The notes under the pieces: generated by a model
The model's input: the letters and a program-made list of their open reading frames with translations, nothing else
The model's database searches: none
Told to the model about the DNA's origin: nothing
Translations under genes and position numbers: made by a program
Part shown: piece after piece, positions 38,239 to 48,681 of the stretch
Numbering within the stretch: the stretch's first letter is position 1
Layout of the letters: the number at the start of each line of letters is the position of its first letter
Assembly: GCA_963712745.1 (NCBI GenBank)
Contig: CAVQJC010000006.1
Location: 256,001 to 320,000 of the forward strand
Length of the DNA: 64,000 bases
DNA from: an uncultured Chloroflexia bacterium
GTDB lineage: Bacteria > Chloroflexota > Limnocylindria > Limnocylindrales > CSP1-4
Direction of reading: 5' to 3'

Positions 38239-39887
38239 GCGTGTACATCCCCTTGGGCCTGTATCTGCTGGCGCTGGCCGTCCGCCTGCTGGCGGCAGCA
38301 GAGATCCCTTTCCCTACGACCGAGCCCAGCGCCTACTACGTCGGCGTGGCACAGAACCTAGTGGCCGGGAACGGACTCGTCAGCGACGCGGTCTGGAGCT
38401 ACGCCACGCCGCCGTTGGAGGCACCCAAGCCGGCCTTCGAGCTGTGGCTGCCGATGAGCACCTTCGTGTCGGCGGCGGCCATGTCGGTGCTGGGTTCCAC
38501 GTTCTGGGCAGCCCAGGTGGGTTCGTCACTGCTGGGGGCAGCCGTGGCGCCGCTGGCCTGGGCCATCGGCCGCGAAGCCGCGAATGCCCACGGGCTCGAC
38601 ATGAGACGCGGAAGAGCCGTGGCGATCACCTCGGGTCTGCTCGCCGCCGTGCTCAGCCCGCTCGTCCTCGGTTCCGCCGTACCCGATTCCTACACACCCT
38701 TCACCGTCTTCCTGTTGGCTGGGGCGCTGCTCGTACCGAGGGTCATCGGCTTCCGCGACGGACACGACGAGGCCAGGGGTCCAGACATCCTCGCCGGCCT
38801 TGGGCTCGGTGTGGCCCTGGGACTGGCCTACCTCTCGCGCCAGGAGGTCATCTGGCTAGGTCTGACCTTCGTCCTCATGCTGGCCTGGACCGCGCGCACG
38901 AGGCCGGCCGGCAGGCGCCTCCGGGAGTCCGTCAGGCGCCTGTGGCCGGTCGTGGCCGGTGGCCTGGTGATAGTGGTCCCGTGGCTGCTGCGCAACGCAC
39001 TCGAGCTGGGTGGCCCGTTTCCTGGACAGGCAGTGGAGAACATGTTCCTCCTCGAGAACGAGGACATCTTCGCCTGGCGCGACCGCCCCGATGTGGCCAC
39101 GTACCTGGGTCAGGGCCTGGGCACGGTGCTGTGGAACCCGCTGGTCGCAGCCTGGGACAGCCTCCTCAACGTAGTGATCTTGCCGGCCTTCCCAGTCGGC
39201 ATCGCCGGCCTGATCGCCCTGGTCGGCATGCGGCGCTCCCCAGCGCTGCGTCGCCCGACCGCGCTCGTGGCTGTGCTTGTCAGCGCGCTACTCACGTTCG
39301 CGACCACGATGCTGTTGTTCCCCGTAGCCACCCTGTGGGGCACGTTCATGCATGCCTCGGGGCCGCTGCTGGTGGGCCTTGGTGTGGTGGCTGCGCTTGG
39401 CGGCGACGCCCTGCTGGCTCGCGTCTCGACACGCCGGGGCTGGGAGCGACCCAACATCATCCTCGCGCCCATCGCCCTGGTGGCCACGGCGGCAGTGATG
39501 ACCGCCTTCAGCGTGGCAGTCCTCTCCGAGCAGTCGCGTTCGACCCAGGCGCGATACGCGGCGCTGGCGACCCAGCTCCGCGAGGTCGCCGTGGCGGACG
39601 GGGAGGCCGTTCCCCCCACGCTGATCAGCGACCATCCCATGTGGCTCGCCGCTGCGCTCGGAGGCCAGGCGGTCGTCCTGCCCGACGAGGATCTCGATGC
39701 CATCCTCGAGCTGGCGGATGTCTTCGAGGCGCCCTGGGTCGTCGTCATCGACGAGCGCGGGCCCTACCCCGAGGCCCTGCTCAGGGAGGACGCACGGGGC
39801 TGCCTGACGACCGATCCAGTGCCCCTGGAGGCGGCAGACGAGGGCTCATGGCTGTTCCGGCTGGCCGATGCGTGCACGTCATCGTGA
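38235..39887 (+). CDS. GT-C glycosyltransferase, paralog of the upstream gene
   Basis: SAYY, LWLPM, LAYLSRQE, PWLLRN; ATGA overlap with the upstream gene. Confidence 0.75.
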   Translation: MSVYIPLGLYLLALAVRLLAAAEIPFPTTEPSAYYVGVAQNLVAGNGLVSDAVWSYATPPLEAPKPAFELWLPMSTFVSAAAMSVLGSTFWAAQVGSSLLGAAVAPLAWAIGREAANAHGLDMRRGRAVAITSGLLAAVLSPLVLGSAVPDSYTPFTVFLLAGALLVPRVIGFRDGHDEARGPDILAGLGLGVALGLAYLSRQEVIWLGLTFVLMLAWTARTRPAGRRLRESVRRLWPVVAGGLVIVVPWLLRNALELGGPFPGQAVENMFLLENEDIFAWRDRPDVATYLGQGLGTVLWNPLVAAWDSLLNVVILPAFPVGIAGLIALVGMRRSPALRRPTALVAVLVSALLTFATTMLLFPVATLWGTFMHASGPLLVGLGVVAALGGDALLARVSTRRGWERPNIILAPIALVATAAVMTAFSVAVLSEQSRSTQARYAALATQLREVAVADGEAVPPTLISDHPMWLAAALGGQAVVLPDEDLDAILELADVFEAPWVVVIDERGPYPEALLREDARGCLTTDPVPLEAADEGSWLFRLADACTSS

Positions 39888-40092
39888 GTACTGGCGCAGG
39901 GACGGCCCCTCTCAACCCCTATACTCCGAGCCACATGGACCGCGGGACGCCGCGTGCGCGGCGGCAAGGAACCGGGAGACAAGAGGCATGCACAGGGGCC
40001 ACAGCCCCCGGCATGCGACTCGAAGTTGTCGGCCAAGCAATCCGGGGCACGATGCTGCGGCTCGAGCCTCACCCCAGGGAGAGGAGTGTGGA

Positions 40093-40839
40093 ATGACTCC
40101 GGGCGAGTACCAGGGACCTGATCGACGCCGAGGCGGCCCCGACCGGCGAGAGCCTAATGCGCGGGTCAAGATCCTGCTCGTCGATGACCACGCCCTGTTC
40201 CGGGTGGGCATGCGGCAGACCCTTGACGCTGAGGACGACTTCGATGTCGTGGCCGAAGCTGACGACTCCCGCAGTGCCATCGATGCGGCGGCGGCGAGCA
40301 CGCCGGATATCGTGCTGCTCGACCTGTCGCTGCCGGCCCCCGGTGGGATCGAGACGACGCAGCGAGTGAAGCGCGAGGTGCCCAGCGCCGGCATCATCGC
40401 ACTGGCCGCGACCGAGGACGAGGACCAGCTCTTCGAGGCCATCAAGGCCGGCGCGGCTGCGTTCCTGCTCAAGGACATCGGACCAGAGGACCTTGTCACC
40501 ATCATCCGCCGGGTCAACAACGGCGAGTACCTCATCAACGACAAGGTCTTCGCGCGCCCGTCAGTCGCGAATCGTGTGCTCAAGGAATTCCGTGAGCTGG
40601 CCGTCTATGGGCAAGAAGCTGCCCCCATCTTCGCGCCCCTTTCCCCGCGTGAGGTCGAGATCCTCGACAACATCGCCAAGGGCATGACCAACAAGCAGGT
40701 GGCCTATGCCCTGTCGATCAGCGAGCAGACCGTCAAGAACCACATGAGCTCGATCCTCCGCAAGCTCTCGGTCAACGACCGCACGCAGGCCGTCGTCTAC
40801 GCCATGAAGCAGGGCTGGATCAGGATCCCCGAGGATTGA
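40093..40839 (+). CDS. NarL/DegU-family response regulator
   Basis: LLVDDH, LLDL, LLKD, LuxR HTH LSPREVEIL...NKQVA..ISEQTVKNH. Confidence 0.93.
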   Translation: MTPGEYQGPDRRRGGPDRREPNARVKILLVDDHALFRVGMRQTLDAEDDFDVVAEADDSRSAIDAAAASTPDIVLLDLSLPAPGGIETTQRVKREVPSAGIIALAATEDEDQLFEAIKAGAAAFLLKDIGPEDLVTIIRRVNNGEYLINDKVFARPSVANRVLKEFRELAVYGQEAAPIFAPLSPREVEILDNIAKGMTNKQVAYALSISEQTVKNHMSSILRKLSVNDRTQAVVYAMKQGWIRIPED

Positions 40840-42197
40840 GCAGCCCGGACCCTTCGCGCACACCCGGGCCTCCACCGGCCGTCGCGGGTCAACCGACCGC
40901 GCCGACTCCCGCGCCGCCTGAACCAGGCATGCCTCCCCCAGCCCCGGGCGCTTCGGCCCCGGGTCAGGCCGCCACAGCGGCCGGGCGGCCACCAGAGGGC
41001 CTCCCGGCGAGTCCACCACCAGGCACGCGACCAGGTCCGGCCACCATCATCAGCCTCCGTTCCGAGCTCGAAGACGACATCAGTCGCATCGAGGGGGAGA
41101 ACAGCGAGATCGACCTGCTCATGGAGCAGGTGCTCGTGGAGATCGAGCGGCACGAGGCTCGCCGGGCCAAGATGGAGACACGCCTGGCCGCGCTCGAGAC
41201 CGCCGCCACGCCCGACCCGGATGAGCTCAGAGAGGTCCGCGACGGACTCCTGGCACTGACCCGGAGAGAGCTGCTGTTCGACGCACAGCGGCAGGTGCTG
41301 GAGGGCAAGCAACGCGTGCTCGCCCGGTTCCTCCAACGGCTCGTCGAAATCGACAACAGCCTCTCGTCCATGGGTGGCGGCCCGTCTCGGCCCGCGCCCG
41401 TGGCCTCGCCCGGCCTGCGCCCGCTGGCAGCGGCAGCTGGCGGTAGTGGTGCGCCAGGGCTCAACCAGCCAGCCATGACCATGCGAAGCCAGGAGGACCT
41501 ACGCCGCGAGATCGTGCGCCAGCTCCACGACGGTCCGGCCCAGTCGCTGGCCAATATCGGCCTGCAGGCAGAGATCGTCGAGCGCCTGATGCAGAGGCAG
41601 GATCCGCGCGCGACCGACGAGATCGAGGTCCTCCGCCAGCTCGTGCAACAGTCGCTCGACACGACCAAGGAGTTCATCTTCGAGATCCGGCCGATGGTGC
41701 TCGACGACCTTGGCCTGGGGCCCACCATCCGGCGCATCGCCGCTGACCGGGCGCGACGTACCGGCATCAACGTGGAGTACGACTCCCACGGCCCCGAGGA
41801 GCGGCTCGACTCGGACATCGAGAGCGCCATCTATCGCAGTGTCGTGGAAGCCATCGCCGGCTACCTCGCGCTGCGCCCGCCGTCGGTGCTGGTGCGCCTG
41901 GACTGGGGCGAGCGCGAGCTGGTGGCCAGCGTCGAGGGCACCTGGCCTCGCTTCAACCCGGAGGGGCAGGCTGAGGCGAGCGAAGCTGCCACGGCCCGCT
42001 CGATGGAGACGCCGCCGGCGCTACTGGCGATGATGGAGGAGAGGCGGTCCGCCGACCTTGAAGCCGACGTCGCCGCGCGCTCACTCGCGCCCGAGAAGGT
42101 CAAGGAGATCGGCGAACGCGCTCGGGCTCTGGGTCTCACCCTGTCGATCCGCGACGATGGCCAGATCATGGAGCTGGTAGCCCCCATCAAGCGCTAG
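40836..42197 (+). CDS. Cytoplasmic DegS-like HisKA_3 protein with a degenerate ATPase domain
   Basis: Coiled-coil N-terminus, QLHDGPAQSLAN H-box, RPMVLDDLGL; N/D/G boxes absent. Confidence 0.8.
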   Translation: MSSPDPSRTPGPPPAVAGQPTAPTPAPPEPGMPPPAPGASAPGQAATAAGRPPEGLPASPPPGTRPGPATIISLRSELEDDISRIEGENSEIDLLMEQVLVEIERHEARRAKMETRLAALETAATPDPDELREVRDGLLALTRRELLFDAQRQVLEGKQRVLARFLQRLVEIDNSLSSMGGGPSRPAPVASPGLRPLAAAAGGSGAPGLNQPAMTMRSQEDLRREIVRQLHDGPAQSLANIGLQAEIVERLMQRQDPRATDEIEVLRQLVQQSLDTTKEFIFEIRPMVLDDLGLGPTIRRIAADRARRTGINVEYDSHGPEERLDSDIESAIYRSVVEAIAGYLALRPPSVLVRLDWGERELVASVEGTWPRFNPEGQAEASEAATARSMETPPALLAMMEERRSADLEADVAARSLAPEKVKEIGERARALGLTLSIRDDGQIMELVAPIKR

Positions 42198-42218
42198 ATC
42201 GCCGGGCGAGGGTCCGCT

Positions 42219-43148
42219 TCAGGCGATCGCGCGGAAGTGCTGCCAGAGGGAGAGGTCGAGGTCGGGGACCAGCTTACGCAGGCGCCGGACCTCGGGTGTG
42301 TAGTAGCGGACCAGCAGGTCGATGTGCTCGTCGGACACGGCGACCTTCTCCAGCTTGGCCTTGTTGCGCGGGCGGGCCAGCTCGTCTGGTGGCAGCTCGA
42401 ACGGCGACAGGCCCAGGAATTCGAACGTCCGCGCCAGCTGCCCGGCGGCGTCGGCCGCACAAGACTCGTACTGCAACACCAGCAGCCGCTCGGGCGGGTA
42501 CTGCTCCAGCAGCCACTCGATCTGGGTGGCGTAGAGCCCGCGTTCGATGGCGTCGGTCACGACTCGCACGCGGTCACCGAACACGCGCACGGCGCCGGTC
42601 ACGTCCTCGCCGTCGAGGAGGCCGCCCCGGTCCTGGTGGCTCATGCCCGAGATGTACCTCTCGATGGGGTCTCGTAGCAGGACGATGCCCTTGGCGTCGG
42701 GCGCGGCCAGCTTGACCATCGGCGGCACCCAGGCACAGTTCATGTACTCGGGTGTCTTCTCGCCGACGATCTTGCCCGCCGGACGCGGGAAGTAGCTGTG
42801 ATACTGGAGGATCTGCTCGTCGGTCGGCCACTCGGACCAGAGACGGTCGAAGAAGTGGAGCTCCGGGCGCTGGTTCTCAGGCTGAACCACCCCGGGATGC
42901 TGCTCGATGAGTCGGAACCACCAGGTGGTGCCCGACTTCTGCGCGCCGAAGATGACGAAGTCCGGTGCGCCGGTGGTCCAGCCCTCGGGGCAATCCGGAT
43001 GCGGCGCCAGGGTCTCGAAGACCTTGCGGCGGGCACGTACGCTGGCCGGGTCCATGGCCTTGTCGCCGCGGCGCGGCGCGGGCTTGGCAGCCGCAGGCTG
43101 GTAGAGACCGAGTCTGCGGCGCAGTCGGCGCAGTCGGATCTGGCGCAT
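42219..43148 (-). CDS. PAPS-dependent sulfotransferase
   Basis: PDFVIFGAQKSGTT (5'-PSB), ELHFFD, GEKTPEY, LRDPIERYIS (3'-PB). Confidence 0.88.
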   Translation of the reverse strand: MRQIRLRRLRRRLGLYQPAAAKPAPRRGDKAMDPASVRARRKVFETLAPHPDCPEGWTTGAPDFVIFGAQKSGTTWWFRLIEQHPGVVQPENQRPELHFFDRLWSEWPTDEQILQYHSYFPRPAGKIVGEKTPEYMNCAWVPPMVKLAAPDAKGIVLLRDPIERYISGMSHQDRGGLLDGEDVTGAVRVFGDRVRVVTDAIERGLYATQIEWLLEQYPPERLLVLQYESCAADAAGQLARTFEFLGLSPFELPPDELARPRNKAKLEKVAVSDEHIDLLVRYYTPEVRRLRKLVPDLDLSLWQHFRAIA

Positions 43149-43540
43149 ACGCGAACCTCGGGGATGAAGCGGGAAGGTGACCGGCCGAATCATAGCCGCC
43201 GGGACCCGAGGGTGCCGTTCGCGACGAGGTCCGACAACCGTTCCGCGGCCGGGCCCTGCCTCCGGCTTGCGAACCGCTCGCAGGTACACAGGACTCCTAC
43301 CACGGCTCCTATGCCGTATAGCCCGATAGTCATATCGCCGGAGCGGCCGGGCCTGCCTAGGATTCCGGTGACACTTGTCACACCAGTTGGAGTCCTGCTC
43401 TTGTTGTCAACCCCCGGCGAGCACGTGCTCGGACCGCTTCGAGCGAATGCACACCGTCCGCCCGGTCGAATCGCGGCTCCCGGTCTACCCTTGGGCACCC
43501 ACTTCGGCCGCCTGCCGACCATGGCCACGAGGAACCGAGC

Positions 43541-44770
43541 GTGAGCGAACAGATCCGAGTCGTCATCGTCGATGACATCGCCGAGACCCGAGAACACCTG
43601 ACCAAGCTGCTCTCGTTCGAGTCAGATATCCAGGTCGTGGGTGCGGCTTCGTCTGGCGAGGAAGCGGTCGACATCACCGGAAAGCTCCAGCCCGACATCG
43701 TCCTCATGGACATCAACATGCCGGGTATGGACGGCATCGCCACCACGGAGCGGATCTCGGCCACCTTCCCCGCGACGTCCATCATCATGATGAGCGTCCA
43801 GGGCGAGGCCGACTACCTGCGTCGATCGATGCTGGCCGGTGCCCGCGAGTTCCTGGTGAAGCCCTTCAGCTCCGACGAGCTCACTGCCTCCATCCGGCAG
43901 GTGCACGTGCGTGAGAAGCAGAAGCGCGGGCGCATGGTCGTGCCGGCCCAGGCTGTGCCAGGCGGGGACTCGGACAAGAAGGACGGCAAGATCGTCACTC
44001 TCTTCGCTCCCAAGGGCGGAGTCGGTCGCACCACGCTTGCGGTCAACCTGGCGGTGGCGATGGCCGGTGAGCAGCGCCAGGCAGTAACGTTGGTGGACGG
44101 TTCGTTCCAGTTCGGCGATGTCGGCGTGCTGTTGAACCTGAACCCCAAGAACAAGTCCATCATCGATGTCGTGGCCGACCCGGGCACCACCGACGAGGAC
44201 CTCGTCGACACCACGCTCATCAACCACAGCACAGGCATCAAGGTGCTCCTGGCGCCGCCCAGCCCCGAGATGGCCGAGCTCATCACCGTCGACCAGATCC
44301 GGCGCATGATGGGCCGTCTGCGCCAGACCAACGACTTCACCGTGGTCGATCTGTGGCCACACTTCAACGACGTTTCGCTGGCCCTGCTCGACATGTCGGA
44401 CGTGATCCTCACGATCCTGACCCTCGAGATCACCAACATCAAGAACATCCGCCTGTTCCTCGAGGTGGCCGACCAACTCGGCTACGGCGACCGGCTCAAG
44501 CTCGTACTCAACCGAGCGGACTCGGCCTTCGGCATCCGCGTGGCCGACGTCGAGAACTCGGTCGGCCGCAAGATCGACCACCAGGTCGTTTCCGACGGAC
44601 GGACCGTCGTATACGCGCTCAACCGTGGCGTCCCGTTCGTGTGGAGCAATAGCCAGGCTCCCGTGAGCGAAGACATCCTCAAGATCTCACGTGCCCTGGT
44701 CTCGGAAGAAGGCTCCTCCGAGGGTGACGCAGAGAAGGAGCCGGCACGCAAACTCTTCGGACGGCGGTGA
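43541..44770 (+). CDS. cpaE: Tad pilus CpaE/TadZ-like protein (receiver + MinD-like ATPase)
   Basis: REC domain (VDD, LMDINMP, KPF), KGGVGRTT, LVLNR. Confidence 0.85.
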   Translation: MSEQIRVVIVDDIAETREHLTKLLSFESDIQVVGAASSGEEAVDITGKLQPDIVLMDINMPGMDGIATTERISATFPATSIIMMSVQGEADYLRRSMLAGAREFLVKPFSSDELTASIRQVHVREKQKRGRMVVPAQAVPGGDSDKKDGKIVTLFAPKGGVGRTTLAVNLAVAMAGEQRQAVTLVDGSFQFGDVGVLLNLNPKNKSIIDVVADPGTTDEDLVDTTLINHSTGIKVLLAPPSPEMAELITVDQIRRMMGRLRQTNDFTVVDLWPHFNDVSLALLDMSDVILTILTLEITNIKNIRLFLEVADQLGYGDRLKLVLNRADSAFGIRVADVENSVGRKIDHQVVSDGRTVVYALNRGVPFVWSNSQAPVSEDILKISRALVSEEGSSEGDAEKEPARKLFGRR

Positions 44771-44804
44771 AGTCGTCATGGATCCTCGCTAGGGAGATGT
44801 CGAG

Positions 44805-46232
44805 ATGTCACTGCTGAAGCGAATTGAGAGCGCCAAGCCTGCGGGTGGTGGCGCGCCAGTCGGACCCCTGCCGCCTCCGCCGCCCGGAGGTGCCCAGCCG
44901 CCGCCTGCCATGCCTCCGGGCGCTGTTGCTCCGCCGCCGATGCCGCAGCGCGTCATCAGCCAGGTGCCGGTGCGCGAGTCCTTCCGCGACACCAAGTACC
45001 GCATCCAGCAGCGGGTCATCTCCGACCTGGACCCCAAGCTCGACCTCACCAACCAGGTCGAGGTCCGGCGCCAGATCGAAGAGATCTTCAGCATCGCAGT
45101 CGACGAAGAGGGCCTGGCCCTCACGCGCGCCGAACGCGTGCGCATGCTGGAGCAGATCACCGACGAGATCGTGGGCCTCGGCCCGCTCGAGCCGCTGCTG
45201 CGTGACGAGTCCATCACCGAGATCATGGTCAACGGCCCGCGCCAGGTCTACATCGAGCGCGGCGGCAAACTGGAACTGACCAACATCTCGTTCCAGAACG
45301 ACGACCACGTGATGCGCATCATCGATCGCATCATCAGCCCCATCGGCCGCCGAGTCGACGAGTCAAGCCCGATGGTTGACGCCCGTCTCACCGACGGCTC
45401 CCGCGTCAACGCCATCATCCCGCCCCTCTCGCTGGTCGGCCCCGTCATCACCGTCCGCAAGTTCGCGGCCTCGCCCTTCACCGTCGACGACCTCATCCGC
45501 TTCGGCACGGCCACTCCCGAGATGTTCGACTTCCTCAAGGCCTGCGTCGAGGCGCGCCTCAATGTCTTCGTCTCGGGCGGTACAGGCTCCGGCAAGACCA
45601 CGACCCTCAACGTGCTCTCCTCGTTCATCCCCAACGACGAGCGCATCGTGACCATCGAGGACGCGGCCGAGCTGCAGCTCCGCCAGGAGCACGTCATCAC
45701 GCTCGAATCTCGGCCGCCCAATATCGAGGGCAAGGGCGCCATCCCCATTCGCGAACTCGTGCGCAACTCGCTGCGCATGCGGCCTGACCGCATCGTCGTG
45801 GGTGAGGTCCGGTCGGCCGAGGCCCTCGACATGCTCCAGGCCATGAATACGGGCCACGACGGTTCGATGTCCACCGGCCACTCCAACAGCCCGCGCGACA
45901 TGCTCGCGCGCGTGGAGACGATGGTGCTGATGGCCGGTGTCGACCTGCCGTTGCGGGCCATCCGCGAGCAGATCGCCTCCGCCGTCGACCTCATCGTCCA
46001 CCAGTCCCGCATGAAGGACGGCTCGCGCCGCGTGACCAGCATCACCGAGGTGCAGGGCATGGAGGGCGACGTCATCGTGATGCAGGAAGTCTTCACCTTC
46101 GAGCAGACTGGTGTCGTAGATGGCCAGATCCAGGGTCTGCTGCGGCCCACCGGCATCCGGCCCAAGTTCACCGAGAAGTTCGAGGTCATGGGCATCAACC
46201 TGCCGCCGGCCCTCTTCGGTTACCGGTCCTAG
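44805..46232 (+). CDS. cpaF: Tad pilus assembly ATPase CpaF/TadA
   Basis: GLGPLEPLL, GGTGSGKTT, TIEDAAEL, LRMRPDRIVVGEVR, AMNTGHDG. Confidence 0.95.
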   Translation: MSLLKRIESAKPAGGGAPVGPLPPPPPGGAQPPPAMPPGAVAPPPMPQRVISQVPVRESFRDTKYRIQQRVISDLDPKLDLTNQVEVRRQIEEIFSIAVDEEGLALTRAERVRMLEQITDEIVGLGPLEPLLRDESITEIMVNGPRQVYIERGGKLELTNISFQNDDHVMRIIDRIISPIGRRVDESSPMVDARLTDGSRVNAIIPPLSLVGPVITVRKFAASPFTVDDLIRFGTATPEMFDFLKACVEARLNVFVSGGTGSGKTTTLNVLSSFIPNDERIVTIEDAAELQLRQEHVITLESRPPNIEGKGAIPIRELVRNSLRMRPDRIVVGEVRSAEALDMLQAMNTGHDGSMSTGHSNSPRDMLARVETMVLMAGVDLPLRAIREQIASAVDLIVHQSRMKDGSRRVTSITEVQGMEGDVIVMQEVFTFEQTGVVDGQIQGLLRPTGIRPKFTEKFEVMGINLPPALFGYRS

Positions 46233-46242
46233 GAGCTAAGCC

Positions 46243-47262
46243 ATGGATCCTGCCGTCCTCGTCGCCATCATGGCCGCCGCCGCGGTCCTGCTGCTGTTCT
46301 TCGGCGTCTTCGGCGGCCGCCGCGTCTCGCCCACCGAACGCATCGAGCAGGTCGCCATCGCGGCGACCGAGGCCCGCAAGCGTGACGAAAGCGCAGCGGA
46401 CAAGAAGTCCCTACGCTCACGGCTCTTCGGTGGCCGAGCAGCGGCAGGCGTCGACCGCGCGGTGTCACAGCGAGACTGGGGCTCGACCATGGCCCGCGAT
46501 CTGGCGCGTGCCGACCTGCAGCTACGCCCCTCGGAGTACCTGGCCATCCGCATCGCGGCGGTGATCGGAGCCCCGGTGGTGTTGTTCCTGCTCGGAAAGA
46601 CGATCATGCCCGGGCTCGACAATCCCATCGCGCTGCTAGTGGCCACGGTCATGGGCTGGTGGGTCCCGCGCTTCTACGTGGGACGCCGCAAGGCCAAGCG
46701 CCTGCAGGCGTTCAACGACCACCTAGCTGACACCATCACGCTGGTCGCCAATGCCCTGCGCGCCGGCGCTTCCTTCCTGCAAGCCATCGAGCTGGTCGTC
46801 CGGGAGACCCAGCCGCCTATCTCCACCGAGTTCAACCGCGTCATCCGCGAGGTGAACCTGGGCCTGCCCTTCGAACAGGCACTGGCCAACATGGTGCGGC
46901 GCGTCCGCTCCGATGACCTCGAGCTGATGACTACGGCCATCTCCATCCAGCACCAGGTCGGCGGCAACCTCGCGGAGATCCTGGACTCCATCGCCTTCAC
47001 CATCCGCGAGCGCATCCGCATCCAGGGCGAGATCCGGACCCTTACCGCACAGCAGAGGCTCTCCGGCTACGTGGTGGCGGGCCTGCCCATCTTCCTGGTC
47101 CTCCTGCTCTCGGTCATCGCACCGACGTTCATGGAGCCGATGTTCCTGGCCCCGCCGGACGTGCTCGGCATCCCGCTGGGCGTGATCATCCTCGCTATCG
47201 GCGGGGTCATGATGCTCATCGGCTTCCTGGCCATCCGCCGCATCGTCGACATCGAGGTCTAG
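46243..47262 (+). CDS. tadB: Tad inner-membrane protein TadB
   Basis: ALRAG.S, VGGNLAEILD, TLTAQQRLSG. Confidence 0.9.
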   Translation: MDPAVLVAIMAAAAVLLLFFGVFGGRRVSPTERIEQVAIAATEARKRDESAADKKSLRSRLFGGRAAAGVDRAVSQRDWGSTMARDLARADLQLRPSEYLAIRIAAVIGAPVVLFLLGKTIMPGLDNPIALLVATVMGWWVPRFYVGRRKAKRLQAFNDHLADTITLVANALRAGASFLQAIELVVRETQPPISTEFNRVIREVNLGLPFEQALANMVRRVRSDDLELMTTAISIQHQVGGNLAEILDSIAFTIRERIRIQGEIRTLTAQQRLSGYVVAGLPIFLVLLLSVIAPTFMEPMFLAPPDVLGIPLGVIILAIGGVMMLIGFLAIRRIVDIEV

Positions 47263-47266
47263 CGCA

Positions 47267-48199
47267 ATGGGAATCCCCTTCCTCATGGCGCTGCTGGCTG
47301 CCGGCGGCGTCCTGCTCATCGTCTGGGCCCTGCTCGGGGCTCGCACCTCCGACCCGGTCCAGGCTCGTCTGAGCCAGCTGGGTACCCTCGAAGGTGTCAC
47401 CAGCCTCGAGGAGATCGAGCTCCAGCAGCCGGTCATGGACCGCACCCTGCGTCCGCTCATGCGGCGGCTCGCTGGTATCGGTACCCGGCTGACCTCCCGC
47501 GAGCGCGTGGGTCGCACCGAGGGCCGCCTCGCAGAAGCCGGCTATCCCTACGGGCTGCGTACGATCGACTTCATGGGCCTCAAGGTCGTGGCTGCGCTCG
47601 TCGTCAGCGGCCTGGCCTTCCTGCTCTTCGGCGCGGCGCTGGGGTCGGGCGCGACCACGAGCCTGATCGTGGCCGGCGTGGCCCTGGTCATCGGTTTCTT
47701 CGTGCCCGATTACTGGCTGATCAGCCGCATCAGGGCCCGTCAGAAGGCGATCCTGCTAGCCATCCCCGACGTGCTCGACCTGCTCACCATCTCGGTCAAG
47801 GCCGGTCTCGGCTTCGATGCCGCGCTGGGCAAGGTCATCGAAAAGACGGAGGGACCGCTGACGGACGAGTTCCGTCGCGCTCTTGCGGAGGTCCGCATCG
47901 GCAAGCCCCGGCGCGATGCCCTCAAGGAGTTGGTGGCCCGTACCAACGTGCCGGCACTGACCAACTTCATCGGGGCCATCATCCAGGCCGAGCAGCTCGG
48001 TGTAGCCATCGCCAACGTCCTCGAAGTGCAGGCGGAGCAGCTCCGCATCGAGCGCCGCCAGCGCGCCGAGGAGATGGCCGCCAAGGCGCCCATCAAGATG
48101 CTCTTCCCGCTCGTTGGCTGCATCTTCCCCTCGATGTTCATCGTCATCCTGGGGCCGGCAATGATCCTCATCGTCAAGAACCTGGGCAACGTCAACTAG
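47267..48199 (+). CDS. tadC: Tad inner-membrane protein TadC
   Basis: PDVLDLL..SV.AGLGFD, RAEEMAAKAPIKMLFPL. Confidence 0.9.
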   Translation: MGIPFLMALLAAGGVLLIVWALLGARTSDPVQARLSQLGTLEGVTSLEEIELQQPVMDRTLRPLMRRLAGIGTRLTSRERVGRTEGRLAEAGYPYGLRTIDFMGLKVVAALVVSGLAFLLFGAALGSGATTSLIVAGVALVIGFFVPDYWLISRIRARQKAILLAIPDVLDLLTISVKAGLGFDAALGKVIEKTEGPLTDEFRRALAEVRIGKPRRDALKELVARTNVPALTNFIGAIIQAEQLGVAIANVLEVQAEQLRIERRQRAEEMAAKAPIKMLFPLVGCIFPSMFIVILGPAMILIVKNLGNVN

Positions 48200-48235
48200 G
48201 TCGGCGGGCCCTCGCCTGAAGATGGATCGAGAACC

Positions 48236-48658
48236 ATGAGTGGAGACCGATTGCGCCTGCGCCGGGTCGGTGACGACACTGTCGTGTGTCACCGGGTCGT
48301 GCTCGGCAAGTCCTTCGCTCAGCGCTTCATGGGCCTCATGGGGCGTGCGTCGATAGCCGACGGAGAAGGCCTCTATCTGCCCACCTCGAGCATCCACATG
48401 ATGTTCATGCGCTTCCCCATCGACGCGCTCTTCGTCTCGAAGGCCGCGGACGGCGAGCATCGAGCGGTGGTCGGCGTCCGACCCGATCTACCGCCCTGGC
48501 GCGGCATCGTGCTGCCCGTGCGCGGTGCGGAAGGCGTCGTCGAGATGCCCGCGGGCACCCTCGCTCGTGCGGGCGTGAAGGTCGGCGACCAAGTCGTCAT
48601 CGAGCCCACGCCCAGCGTCGGACAAGACACCGATAAGGCCGGGGAGAGCGAGGTCTAA
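48236..48658 (+). CDS. DUF192 family protein
   Basis: RFMGLMGR, IHMMFMRFPIDALF, VVEMPAG. Confidence 0.85.
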   Translation: MSGDRLRLRRVGDDTVVCHRVVLGKSFAQRFMGLMGRASIADGEGLYLPTSSIHMMFMRFPIDALFVSKAADGEHRAVVGVRPDLPPWRGIVLPVRGAEGVVEMPAGTLARAGVKVGDQVVIEPTPSVGQDTDKAGESEV

Positions 48659-48681
48659 GGGTTCGGCGCCAGGCTTGGCGC

